64,000 nucleotides of DNA from Alphaproteobacteria bacterium. Lineage in GTDB: Bacteria > Pseudomonadota > Alphaproteobacteria > MPNO01 > UBA830. Each line of letters begins with the position of its first letter. Within the stretch, counting starts at the first letter, position 1. The stretch lies in contig OZ219791.1 in NCBI GenBank assembly GCA_964291215.2, positions 3,168,001 through 3,232,000 of the forward strand, written 5' to 3'. The notes beneath the pieces are model-generated. The model saw nothing but the letters and a program-made list of their open reading frames with translations, was not told the DNA's origin and ran no database searches. This document shows positions 21,220 through 32,325 of the stretch, one piece after another. Both the position numbers and the translations under genes were made by a program.

Positions 21220-21625
21220 TCGCCGTCCGGTGCCGGCGGGGCTGAAGGACTGGCTGATGGCGCCGGAGGCGCCTCCCGAGGCGATCCGAGCCTATGCCGA
21301 AGAGACCGGTCGCTTTCACCGCGAGCGCTTGTCGGCCGTCCCGGCCGACCTTCCGGACATCCACCCCAACGTGGCGGAAATCGGCCGCCGCAAGGTGGGG
21401 CGGCTCGCCGAGGCGCCGAACCGCCCGGAGAACCGCGGCGAGGCGGTGTCCGCGATACGAGGCCTGATCGAGCGCATCGCGCTGGTACCGGGCGAGAAGT
21501 GGGGCGAGGTTCACACCACCCCGCACGATGATCCCGCGGCCGTCCTCGGTTGGACCGCCAAGGGGGACGGAAAGAACAGGGGTGGAAGCTCGCTGCCGGG
21601 AATGTCGGTCTCGGCTGAAACGCGG
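21220..21625 (+). pseudogene. C-terminal remnant of a large serine recombinase
   Basis: GLKDWLMAPE, PDIHPNVAE..RRKVGRLAEA, EAVSAIRGLIERIALVP. Confidence 0.65.
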
Positions 21626-21650
21626 ACCCGATTCGGCCTAGACTGTCGCC

Positions 21651-24600
21651 ATGCCTGATCCCGGCTTTGTCCATCTGAGGGTGCATTCCGCCTACTCGCT
21701 CCTTGAGGGCGCGATCCGGCTCAGAGAATTGCCGGAACTGTGCCGGCGCCACCTCATGCCTGCCGTTGCCGTCACCGACACCAACAATATGTTCGCCGCG
21801 ATGGAGTTCGCCATGGTGGCGTCCAACGCCGGTATCCAGCCGATCATCGGCTGTCAGCTAGACCTCGCCGGCGACGATGCGGCAAGCGGAGCGAACCCGC
21901 ATGTTCCGGCGCATCGCCGTCGCCATGACCGCCTCGTGCTTCTGGCGCAGGACGAGAGCGGCTATCGCAACCTGATGCAGCTGTCGTCGGACGCATTCCT
22001 GGCCAGCAAGGCCGGCGAGGTTCATACGACATTCGAGCGGCTTGAGAGGCACGGCGACGGGCTGATCTGTCTTTCCGGGGGGCCTGACGGACCGCTCGGA
22101 CGCCTGCTTGAAGGAGGCCAGCGCGAGGCCGCCGCGGTCATGGTGCGGCGGCTTGCCGGATTGTTTCCGGGGCGTTTCTATGTCGAGCTGCAGCGTCACG
22201 GGCTCGAGATCGAGGATCGCATTGAGCTCGGCCTCGTCGAACTTGCAAACGCAGAGGGCCTGCCGCTGGTCGCCACTAACGATGTCTATTTTGCGGAGGC
22301 CGAACTGCATCAGGCGCATGATGCGCTGCTGTGCATCGATCAGGGTGTGCCGGTGAGCGACCAGAATCGCCGCCAGCTTACCGCGAACCACTATTTCCGT
22401 TCTGCGGACGAGATGCGCGAACTGTTCTCCGACATCCCCGAGGCGGTCGACAATACGGTCGTGATTGCGCGGCGCTGCGCCTACATGCCGCCGCAGCGCG
22501 ACCCCATATTGCCGCCCTTCGCCGACGGCGATGATGGCGACGAGGTGGAGGTGCTGCGTACGCAGGCGCGGGCAGGGTTGGAAGCGCGGCTTGAGAAACA
22601 TGTCTTCGACAGTGCCATGGATGCCGCTGCGCGCGATGAAAAGGCCCGTCCGTACAGGGACCAGCTCGACTTCGAGCTCGGCGTCATCATCGACATGGGC
22701 TTTCCCGGCTATTTTCTGATCGTCGCCGACTTCATCCGGTGGGCCAAGGAGCAAGGCATCCCGGTGGGACCGGGACGCGGCTCCGGGGCCGGGTCCGTTG
22801 TCTCGTGGGCGCTGGCGATCACGGATCTCGATCCACTCCGTTTCGGCCTGCTGTTCGAGCGTTTCCTCAATCCGGAACGCGTATCGATGCCGGACTTCGA
22901 CATCGATTTCTGCCAGGATGGACGCGACAGGGTCATCGACTATGTGCGCCAGAAATACGGCGCCGACAGGGTGGCCAATATCATTACATTTGGGACGTTG
23001 CAGGCGCGCGCGGTCCTGCGCGATGTCGGGCGGGTGCTCGGCATGCCGTACGGTCAGGTCGACCGCATCTGCAAGATGGTGCCGTTCAATCCGGCGCAGC
23101 CGCCGACGCTGCAGGAAGCGATTGACGCCGAACCTGACCTTCGGGAAATGCGCCACAGCGACGAGAGCGTGGCCCAGCTGATCGACATCTCGCTCAAGCT
23201 CGAGGGCCTGTACCGCCATGCCTCGACCCATGCCGCCGGCGTGATCATCGGAGACCGGCCGCTCACCGAACTGGTTCCGCTCTACCGCGATCCGCGCGAG
23301 GGGCAGCTGGCGACACAGTTCTCCATGAAATACGCGGAGGCGGCAGGGCTTGTGAAGTTCGATTTCCTTGGCCTCAAGACCCTGACCGTCCTTCAGAAGG
23401 CGTGCAAGCTGGCGGCTGACAGGGGGGAGGAAATCGACCTCGACAGCCTGCCGCTCGACGATCCGGAGACCTTCGAGTTGCTGGGGCGCGGTGATGCGGT
23501 GGGCATATTTCAGCTCGAAAGCGGTGGCATGCGCGATGCGCTGCGCCAGATGAAACCGGACAGTTTCGAGGATATCATCGCCCTGGTCTCGCTATACCGG
23601 CCTGGCCCGATGGACAACATTCCCCGCTACATCGCCTGCAAGCATGGCGATGAGGAACCCGACTATCTCCACCCCGATCTGCAGCCTGTCCTTGAAGAGA
23701 CCTTCGGTGTCATCATCTACCAGGAACAGGTGATGGAAATCGCCAAGATCCTGTCGGGATATTCTCTCGGAGGTGCCGACCTCCTGCGCCGCGCGATGGG
23801 CAAGAAGATCAAGTCGGAAATGGAAGCCCAGCGGCAGGTCTTCGTCAACGGCGCGGTCGCCCGGGGCGTCGGGCGCGGCCGTGCGTCGACGATCTTCGAT
23901 CTTGTCGACAAGTTTGCTGGCTATGGCTTCAACAAGTCGCACGCCGCAGCCTACGCCCTCGTGGCCTACCAGACGGCGTGGCTGAAGGCTCACTATCCGG
24001 TCGAGTTCCTTGCCGCTTCGATGACGCTCGATTACGGCAATATCGACAAGCTTGGTGTCTTCCGCCAGGAGCTGGTGCGGCTCGGCATCGAACTGCTGCC
24101 GCCCGACATCAACAGGTCGCAGGCGTTCTTTTCGGTGGAGCCCGTGGCCAATGGCGGTGTCCGCCATGCGGTGCGCTATGCGCTTGCAGCGATCAGGAAC
24201 GTCGGCGCGAAGGCTATGGAGGAAATGGTCGAGGAGCGGGACCGGAACGGGCCGTACAGGAGCCTGACGGACTTCGCGTCGCGCCTCGGCGCAGACGGCG
24301 CCAACAAGCGCCAGCTTGAGAATCTCGCGCGTGCGGGCGCGTTCGATTCCCTGGATGCGAACCGCAGGCGCCTGCACGAGGGTGCAGAACACATCATGCG
24401 TTTTGCTGCCAGCGCGGAAGCCGAACGCAGCAGCGGCCAGGCCAACCTGTTCGGTTCGTCCGACAGTTCAGCCGAATCCGGGGTCGGACTTTGGCTTCCG
24501 GACTGCACGGACTGGCCGACCATGGAACGGTTGGCGAACGAGTACGAGGCGGTCGGCTGCTATCTGTCGGCGCATCCGCTCGACCGCTACGTTCACCGGC

Positions 24601-25136
24601 TCCGGCGCCTCGGCGTGACGCCGGCAAAGAACCTAGCCTCGCTTGCCGCCGGTGCCGAAACGCAGATGGCCGGCGTGGTGATCGGTTGCCAGGAACGCAT
24701 CTCGAACAAGGGGGAACGTTACGCCTTTGTCAAGTTTTCCGATCCGTCCGACACCTGCGAGATCCTAGTGTCGGCCAAGCTGCTGCGGGAATCTCAGGAG
24801 CTCGTCAAGGCTGGCCGGGAGCTCCATGTGACTGTCGGACTCGGCAGGGAAGAAGGTGACGCGAGGCTCTATGCTCGCGAGATCCGGCCCCTTGATAAAC
24901 TACTTGCCCGCGACAGGGGGGACGTCAAGCTGGTCGTCAACGACAAGCGTGCCGTCGACGGCATCAGGCGCATCCTGGAATCGGCGGAGCCAGGCAAGGA
25001 CGCCTTGGCGCTGATCATCAGGACCACCGACTGCCAGGAGGTGGAACTCCAGTTACGGGGCGGGATAGCGCTTACCGACCGGTTCAGGGCCTCTGTCGAG
25101 AACCTGCCGGGGGTGGCGGAGGTTCTGGACCTGTAG
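21651..25136 (+). CDS. dnaE: DNA polymerase III alpha subunit
   Basis: FVHLRVHSAYSLL, GPGRGSGAGS, MPDFDIDF, HAAG, KFDFLGLKTL, YGFNKSH. Confidence 0.98.
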   Translation: MPDPGFVHLRVHSAYSLLEGAIRLRELPELCRRHLMPAVAVTDTNNMFAAMEFAMVASNAGIQPIIGCQLDLAGDDAASGANPHVPAHRRRHDRLVLLAQDESGYRNLMQLSSDAFLASKAGEVHTTFERLERHGDGLICLSGGPDGPLGRLLEGGQREAAAVMVRRLAGLFPGRFYVELQRHGLEIEDRIELGLVELANAEGLPLVATNDVYFAEAELHQAHDALLCIDQGVPVSDQNRRQLTANHYFRSADEMRELFSDIPEAVDNTVVIARRCAYMPPQRDPILPPFADGDDGDEVEVLRTQARAGLEARLEKHVFDSAMDAAARDEKARPYRDQLDFELGVIIDMGFPGYFLIVADFIRWAKEQGIPVGPGRGSGAGSVVSWALAITDLDPLRFGLLFERFLNPERVSMPDFDIDFCQDGRDRVIDYVRQKYGADRVANIITFGTLQARAVLRDVGRVLGMPYGQVDRICKMVPFNPAQPPTLQEAIDAEPDLREMRHSDESVAQLIDISLKLEGLYRHASTHAAGVIIGDRPLTELVPLYRDPREGQLATQFSMKYAEAAGLVKFDFLGLKTLTVLQKACKLAADRGEEIDLDSLPLDDPETFELLGRGDAVGIFQLESGGMRDALRQMKPDSFEDIIALVSLYRPGPMDNIPRYIACKHGDEEPDYLHPDLQPVLEETFGVIIYQEQVMEIAKILSGYSLGGADLLRRAMGKKIKSEMEAQRQVFVNGAVARGVGRGRASTIFDLVDKFAGYGFNKSHAAAYALVAYQTAWLKAHYPVEFLAASMTLDYGNIDKLGVFRQELVRLGIELLPPDINRSQAFFSVEPVANGGVRHAVRYALAAIRNVGAKAMEEMVEERDRNGPYRSLTDFASRLGADGANKRQLENLARAGAFDSLDANRRRLHEGAEHIMRFAASAEAERSSGQANLFGSSDSSAESGVGLWLPDCTDWPTMERLANEYEAVGCYLSAHPLDRYVHRLRRLGVTPAKNLASLAAGAETQMAGVVIGCQERISNKGERYAFVKFSDPSDTCEILVSAKLLRESQELVKAGRELHVTVGLGREEGDARLYAREIRPLDKLLARDRGDVKLVVNDKRAVDGIRRILESAEPGKDALALIIRTTDCQEVELQLRGGIALTDRFRASVENLPGVAEVLDL

Positions 25137-25211
25137 GAGTTCAGCACGCCATCGGCCGGGGCGCACGTTACGATGGCAAGGAATTGGGGAACCGCCTTGG
25201 AAGGGTTACTT

Positions 25212-25313
25212 CATGACTTTCCCGCGCTGCATTCGATCTTGCCGATTGCTGATGGAGGGAGGTTGCACCGCCTGCCGGGTTTTCTGGCCGCGGGGCCGTC
25301 CACGGGTCGTCGC
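25212..25313 (-). repeat. ISAs1 terminal fragment
   Basis: Matches 7314-7410 (GACTTTCCC.CGCTGCATTCGATCTTGCCGA.TGCTGATGGAGGGAGG). Confidence 0.75.
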
Positions 25314-25339
25314 AGCTGGAAAACCTGGCAAGAATGCGG

Positions 25340-27492
25340 AAATTTGTGCCCCGTTCAGCGGTCGTTCAAGACATCTCTCGTTCCTCCCGATGGACGCTGT
25401 TGGCGAGTATGGGGGCCTAAACTTGGACGATGTGCGAGAACTGGCGATGTCTACGACGGCTATTTCTATCTTGCAGATGGTGATGTTTGTATTGCGAAAA
25501 TCACGCCTGCTTCGAAAATGGGAAAGGTGCCCTTGCCAAAGGTCTTGCCAACGGCGTTGGGTTTGGTACAACCGAGTTGCATGTGATCCGCCCAGGCTCG
25601 CAATTGGACCGACACTTCCTGTTTTGTGTTTCAATTGCACACGATTTCGGAAAACTCGGCGAGTCGGAAATGTACGGCGCTGGAGGGCAGAAGCGAATTG
25701 ATGAAAACTTCATCAGGAATTGGAAGCCGCCCCTTCCCCCGCTCGCCACGCAACGGCGGATCGCGCGGTTTCTTGATGAGAGGCCGGCGCGAATCGACGG
25801 GTTGATCGAGAAACTGGTGGGTTGCGATGCGCGCGCCAGTGCATCGAAAAATCATCCCAATTCCGTATCTACTCACCCCTTGTTGGGTTCTGATTGGCCA
25901 TAGTGCTCGTTGATGATGTCTGCGGCTTTTCCGTCGAGGGCGATCTGGGTGGCGACGAGTGGGTTGTAGCCGAGTGCGGCCATGGAGGTGAGGTAGCTTG
26001 AGCCCCGGCACCATGCTTTTGCGTGGAGCGGAAGCATCCGGACACCTTGACCTTTGCCATCCTGATCTTCTGTTCTCCGGCATTGTTGGTGAAGCTGACG
26101 TTGGGGTCGTCTGTGAAGCGCAGGTTTTCGTGTTTCACGAGACGTTCGCGCAGGTTGTGCGCGTTTGCGTCCACGTTTTCCTTTCGGCGGCGGCGGGATA
26201 TCGGGCAGTTCCCTGGCGCCCTGCGTGAGGATGGTGCGGTAGCGCTTGCGCCCGGCGTCGTTCAGGGTCTTGGATGCGCTCTTGTTGACCTTGTGGCAGA
26301 CCTCGCGGAGCAGGCTCTTCATCAGTCGCGCGGTAGCCTCGACGACAAAGGTCAGTTCGCGCAGCAGGTGGCTGCCGCACAGCTGGTGGCTACATTGGCC
26401 CATGTACGAGGCCCAGGACGCCCTTGTAACACGGGCCGATCTCTTGCCCGCGCTTGCGGTGCGGGAACTTACACGTCAGGGTCCCACGACATGGAGCCAC
26501 TTACTGTTGATCCGAAATCGTCGACATCGGGCGTTGCAGGAGGTGCGCCACGGCGGCCTCCTCCCATGACGCATCGTGAAAGCATAGCCGAGGCCTCGGA
26601 GAGCTTGATGCCGGAGATCGCCTGCACGAACGCGACGGCACGGCGCAGGGACAGCATTTGGGCGACCAGCAGGTTGATGACGAGGGCCTGAATGCCGATG
26701 CCGTACTGCACGGGATGTTGTCGGGGAACCGGCCCTTGGTCCGGGCTTTGCACTTCGGGCATTCCTTGATCTCGGCGCGGCGCTCGACGACCTCGAACAC
26801 GATGTCATAGAGGACGCGGCGCTCCCGATCGACGGGGCCGTCAATGTCGGCGCCGCAGGCGCCGCAGGCGTCGCAGGCCGCGACCGTTTCCTCGACGATG
26901 GTCTTGCGCAGGTTGTCGCCCATCTGCCGGTTCGGCTTCGGGCCCTTGCCGTTGCTTCCGGCACGCTCTTGTCCGTCTGTGACGGCGGCAGACCGGAGTT
27001 CCGGCTCGTGCGTAGTCTTCTCCAGAAGGACGACGATGAGGATTTCGAGCAGGATGACGAAGACGCGGATGACGGCCTCTTCCGCCACCTTGCCGGCAGC
27101 GCCGCGGTCCTGGCCGCTTCGAACTCCTCGCGCGCCGCCCGTCGCCATCACCCGGCCTTGCGCTTCATCAGCGCGCCGCTTCCGAGATGCGTTTCCACAT
27201 ACAGATCATGCGGAGGCTGGAGCCCCGGAAGCAGCTGGCACAGCCCGCTCGTCGCCTTCGATCCAAAGTAGCCCACTGGCGGTCCTTGTCGTTCTCGATG
27301 ACCACCACTAAGCGAATCGGCCTGCAATGTCAAATCTCCACGAAAACCCGTTCGTTACTCTACCCCGACATCAAGCCGGAACCAGGGGGTGAGCAGTTAC
27401 CCAATTCCAAGAGCCTTTTGGGCTTGCTCATGGAGTATCGTTCGGCGTTGATCACAGCAGCCGTTACAGGCCAACTCGCGGACCTGCAATGA
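25340..27492 (+). pseudogene. hsdS: Type I RM specificity subunit, 5'-truncated, frameshifted and IS66-interrupted
   Basis: AKITP.CFENGKGA, GTTELHVIR, GAGGQKRI, PPLATQRRIARFLD; resumes after the IS as EYRSALITAAVTGQ. Confidence 0.88.
25865..27400 (-). mobile_element. Decayed IS66 element with MTase remnant (copy A)
   Basis: TIRs GTATCTACTCACCCC / GTAACTGCTCACCCC; TSD CCAATTCC (25857-25864, 27401-27408); GYFGSKATSGLCQ..ETHLGSGALMKRK then tnpC fragments. Confidence 0.92.
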
Positions 27493-27606
27493 CACCCGGC
27501 GTCTCGACATATGCGATGTTACGGTCAGTCTTGGTCATTCAACCTGCTTGCGCATTCGTTCGGGAACGGGTTTGGTGGACAACTCCATGAGATGCGATGT
27601 TTCAAC

Positions 27607-28764
27607 ATGACTCGGGTGGCCGTCAGTCCGAAAGTGCTTTGTTGGGCTCGGGAGCGCGCCGGGCTCAGCCTGGCCGACCTTGAAGACAGGTTCCCGAGGT
27701 TGGCCGAGTGGGAGAATGCGTCCATCCAGCCCACGATGCGCCAGTTGCAGGACTTCGCCAAAAAGACGCGGGTGCCGTACGGATTTCTTTTCCTGCCGGA
27801 ACCGCCGGCGATGGGGTTGCCATTCGCGGATTTCCGCACAGTCGAAAACCAACGCCCCGAAGGCATCAGCCCGGAGCTGATGGACACCGTTCACCTCATG
27901 CGGCGGCGGCAGGCCTGGCTGCGGGAAGAGCGGCTGGAAGCGGAAGCATCGCCGGTGGGCTTCGTCGGCACCGCGTCGCTGTCAGACACCCCGGCGGCCA
28001 TCGGCCGGGAAATGCGGCGCGTACTCGGTCTGGTTGACGGTTGGGCAAAGCGGGTGCCCAACTGGACGGCAGCCGTGGGCGAACTACGCAAAACCATCGA
28101 AGCAGTCGGCGTCATGGCGGTCATCAACGGCGTTGTCGGCAACAATGCTCATCGCAAGCTGGATGTGAACGAGTTTCGCGGCTTTGCCCTGAGCGACCCC
28201 TATGCCCCGCTGATCTTCGTCAACGGGGCTAACGCCAAGTCCGCCCAGATGTTCACCCTCGCGCATGAATTGGCGCATTTGTGGCTGGGCGATGCGGGCG
28301 AGGGCTTGTCCGGCTTCAAGGGGCTGCAACCAGGCAATGGAGCGGTAGAGCGATTTTGCAACCGGGCGGCGGCCGAGTTCCTCGTACCTGCCGCCGGATT
28401 TCAGGCCGCCTGGGACGGGGTTGCCGGTAGCGAAGCCCCGTTGGAGAGTCTGGCCAGGCACTTCAAGGTCAGCCCGGTGGTGGTCGGGCGCCGGGCAATG
28501 GATCTGGGCTTGATGGAGCGAGACGAGTTTCTCAGTTTCTACGACGACTACACCCGGAGCGAACACCGAAGAAGGCAAACGGGAACCGGCAGCGGAGATT
28601 TCTACAATAACCAGAATAGCCGCGTGGGCCGCTTGTTTGCTTCTCACCTGATCCGGGCGGCCAAGGAGGGGCGCGTCGGCTTCAAGGAAGCCTACGACCT
28701 GACCGGGCTTCATGCCGGCACGTTCCAGAGATATGCCCGCAAACTCGAAATCACGCTACCGTGA
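27607..28764 (+). CDS. Xre-HTH plus ImmA/IrrE (M78) metallopeptidase
   Basis: LCWARERAG HTH; FRGFAL, FTLAHELAHLW (HEXXH), ERFCNRAAAEFLVP. Confidence 0.92.
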   Translation: MTRVAVSPKVLCWARERAGLSLADLEDRFPRLAEWENASIQPTMRQLQDFAKKTRVPYGFLFLPEPPAMGLPFADFRTVENQRPEGISPELMDTVHLMRRRQAWLREERLEAEASPVGFVGTASLSDTPAAIGREMRRVLGLVDGWAKRVPNWTAAVGELRKTIEAVGVMAVINGVVGNNAHRKLDVNEFRGFALSDPYAPLIFVNGANAKSAQMFTLAHELAHLWLGDAGEGLSGFKGLQPGNGAVERFCNRAAAEFLVPAAGFQAAWDGVAGSEAPLESLARHFKVSPVVVGRRAMDLGLMERDEFLSFYDDYTRSEHRRRQTGTGSGDFYNNQNSRVGRLFASHLIRAAKEGRVGFKEAYDLTGLHAGTFQRYARKLEITLP

Positions 28765-30838
28765 GTTCGTCGCCCGACTACCTCATCGATTCCGATGTGC
28801 TGATCACGGCGTAACTGCTCACCCCCTGGTTCCGGCTTGATGTCGGGGTAGAGCAACGAACGGGTTTTCGTGGAGATTTGACACTGCATGCCGATTCGTT
28901 TAGTGGTGGTCATCGAGAACGACGGGGACCGCCAGTGGGCTACTTTGGATCGAAGGCGACGAGCGGGCTGTGCCAGCTACTTCCGGGGCTCCAGCCCCCG
29001 CATGATCTGTATGTGAAAACGCATCTCGGAAGCGGCGCGCTGATGAAGCGCAAGGCCGGGTGATGGCGACGGGCGGCGCGCGAGGAGTTCGAAGCGGCCA
29101 AGACCCGGATCGCGGCGCTGCGTGCGGCCGGGCGGCAAGGTGGCGGAAGAGGCCGTGATCCGCGTCCTCGTCATCCTGCTCGACATCATCATCGTCGTCC
29201 TTCTGGAGAAGACCACGCAAGAGCCGGAACTCCGGTCTGCCGCCGTCACAGACGGACAAGAGCGTGCCGGAAGCAACGGCCCGAAGCCGAACCGGCAGAT
29301 GGGCGACAACCTGCGCAAGACCATCGTCGAGGAGACGGTCGCGGCCTGCGACGCCTGCGGCGCTGACATCGACGGCCCCGTCGATCGGGAGCGCCGCACG
29401 ACATCGTGTTCGAGGTTGTCGAGCGCCGCGCCGAGATCAAGGAATGCCCGAAGTGCAAGGCCCGGGGCCGGTTCCCCGAAAACATCCCGTGCAGTACGGC
29501 ATCGGCATCCAGGCCCTCGTTATCAACCTGCTGGTCGCCCAAATGCTGTCCCTGCGCCGTGCCGTCGCGTTCGTGCAGGCGATCTCCGGCATCAAGCTCT
29601 CCGAGGCCTCGGCTATGCTTTCACGATGCGTCATGGGAGGAGGCCGCCGTGGCGCACCTCCTGCAACGCCCGATGTCGACGATTTCGGATCAACAGTAAG
29701 TGGCTCCATGTCGTGGGACCCTGACGTGCAAGTTCCCGCACCGCAAGCGCGGGCAAGAGATCGGCCCGTGCTACAAGGGCGTCCTGGTCCACGACTGCTG
29801 GGCCTCGTACATGGGCCAGTGTAGCCACCAGCTGTGCGGCAGCCACCTGCTGCGCGAACTGACCTTCGTCGTCGAGGCTACCGCGCGACTTATGAAGAGC
29901 CTGCTCCGCGAGGTCTGCCACAAGGTCAACAAGAGCGCATCCAAGACCCTGAACGACGCCGGGCGCAAGCGCTACCGCACCATCCTCACGCAGGGCGCCA
30001 GGGAACTGCCCGATATCCCGCCGCCGCCGAAAGGAAAACGTGGACGCATAGCAAACGCGCACAACCTGCACGAACGTCTCGTGAAACACGAAAACCTGCG
30101 CTTCACAGACGACCCCAACGTCAGCTTCACCAACAATGCCGGAGAACAGAAAATCAGGATGGCAAAGGTCAAGGTGTCCGGATGCTTCCGCTCCACGCAA
30201 AAGCATGGTGCCGGGGCTCAAGCTACCTCACCTCCATGGCCGCACTCGGCTATAACCCACTCGTCGCCACCCAGATCGCCCTCGACGGAAAAGCCGCAGA
30301 CATCATCAACGAGCACTATGGCCAATCAGAACCCAACTAGGGGCGAGTAGATACATCACGGCGAAGAATCGATACTATGCGTTTCCGATTTGTCCGGGGT
30401 TCTGGGACAGCCTCCTGCACGGCCATTCGCTCGGGCACATTCACAGCATTGATCGAGTCAGGCAGGAATTGCTCCTCGGACGCAGCGACGATGATTTGGT
30501 GCGGTGGGTTGGTCAGTCCGTACCGGAAGGCTTTTTTCTCAGCAGCGATGCCGGAGCAGTCATCGCTGCATTTTACCCGGGTCATGCTCTGGGTGACGCG
30601 CCACGCGCAGTATTACGACGAGGCCAAGGCCAAGTTCGCCAGCGGCGCGGATGGCTGGCTGGTCGCTCACAGCATGGCGGGCGGGAAGACCGTTTTTACC
30701 AATGAGCAGCCACGCCCGGAGTCGCGCAACCAGATCAAGTTGCTCGATGTCTGCAATGCCTTCTCCGTCGATTTCGAGGACACTTTCGCCATGCTGCATG
30801 CACTTGGCGTCCAATATCGCTTTTCGCCGGGTTTGTGA
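28761..30838 (+). pseudogene. DUF4411 (PIN-like) gene interrupted by IS66 and frameshifted
   Basis: MSSSPDYLIDSDVLITA|KNRYYAFPICPGFWD reassembles across the TSD; ADGWLVA, TNE, IKLLDVC. Confidence 0.85.
28811..30354 (+). mobile_element. Decayed IS66 element with MTase remnant (copy B, inverted relative to copy A)
   Basis: Same TIRs as copy A; TSD ATCACGGC (28803-28810, 30355-30362); MTase remnant 28935-29063. Confidence 0.92.
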
Positions 30839-30841
30839 GCG

Positions 30842-31790
30842 ATGCCCGCGCATACCGAACGTGATTACGAGAGGGTGATCGAGGCTGGGCTGATCGGCGC
30901 GGGCGGCTACCGGAAGCGCCGTCCGGACGCCTATGATAGTGCGCTTGCCCTCTTTCCCGATGATGTCGCCGGTTTCCTGAAGGACAGCCAGCCGGCCAGG
31001 TGGTAGGCACCGGAAAGGCTGCTCGGATCGAAGACCGCCGCGACAGTGCTGGATAGTCTGTGGAAGGAACTGGAAGTCAAGGGTACGCTGCATGTCCTGC
31101 GCCATGGCTTCAAGTGCTACGGCAAGACCCTGCGCATGGTCTGGTTCCGTCCCAACACTCACATGAACCCCGAGGCGGCGGAGAACTACGCCAGCAACCG
31201 GCTCACCGTGACGCGCCAGATCGCTTTCGCCTCAGTCATGAAGGGAGCCGACGGCAAGAACCGCCGCTACGTCGTCGACGTGACGCTGGCTGTCAACGGT
31301 ATCCCGGTGGTCACCGCCGAACTCGAGAACCCACTGACCAAACAGCGCGCCGCCGATGCGATCCGCCAGTACCGGAATGATCGCGACGGGCGTGACCTGC
31401 TCTTCGCTTTCAAGAAACGCGCACTGGTTCACTTTGCCCTGGACCCGGACGAGGCGTGGATGACGATCCGGCTGGAGGGCAAGGAGACCCGTTTCCTGCC
31501 CTTCAACCGGGGCCACGACCACGGAGCCGGCAACCCGCCGGTCGAGGGCGACTGGAGGACCCGGTACCTGTGGGACGAAGTGCTGCAAGCTGGGGACAGC
31601 CTGCTGGAAATCCTGCAACGCTTCATGCATCTGGAAGTGAAGAAAACGCAGGTCAAGACAGACAAGGGCGCGCACCGTGCGGCAGGAGGCGATGATCTTC
31701 CCGCGCTATCACCAGCTCGACGCGGTGCGGAAACTCGTCGCGCACGCCAGGGCCAACGGCGCGGGCCGGAACTACCTGATCCAGCATTCG
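30842..31790 (+). pseudogene. hsdR: Type I RM restriction subunit, N-terminal part only
   Basis: GTLHVLRHGFK, DVTLAVNGIPVVTAELEN, HFALD, FLPFNRG, IFPRYHQLDAV, NYLIQHS; TAG at 31004; truncated by ISAs1. Confidence 0.88.
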
Positions 31791-32221
31791 CAGCGAGCGG
31801 CAACGACTGCACCGGTACATCATCACCTCGCTCGATGCGCAACACGCGTCGTCAGAGGAACTGCTGCGGCCGCGGGCCGTGGAAAACATGAACCACCGAG
31901 ACTGCGTCTTCGGCGAGGACGCCTGCCTGACCCGCAAACCGCGCCAGCCTCGACAACATCGCGCTCGCGGTGATCTTCGCCAACCGACGCGAGAGCCTCG
32001 CCGAAACACGGCGGCGGCTCGACCGCCGGGAAGCCGTCGCAGCCCCTGAGCGCCAATGGTGTCCGGCCGATTCCCGGACGCCGCCCACAACCCGAAAACA
32101 ACCCGCCCACAACGCCGCCGGCGACGACCGCGGACGACCCCGAAGCCAGAGAACTCGGCACGCTGTGAAACCTCCGGACAACAGAAGACAGCAAAATTGA
32201 ATGCAGTGTGGGAAACACCTG
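31791..32221 (+). mobile_element. ISAs1-family 3' remnant
   Basis: YIITSLD..AVENMNH.RDCVFGEDACLTRK; end GAATGCAGTGTGGGAAACACCTG. Confidence 0.78.
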
Positions 32222-32325
32222 CGGTCCGGCGGGTTCCGCACGATCGTGCTGTGTTATGCTTGACGTAATCCGGATGTCGCCGCTAGGATGTGTGCCGTGC
32301 GGTCGCAGCGGGAACATGAATTGTC

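Noticed and set aside
25865-30354. Composite transposon that delivered the ImmA gene
   Set aside because: Each IS66 copy has its own TSD and the interrupted genes reassemble, so these are independent insertions
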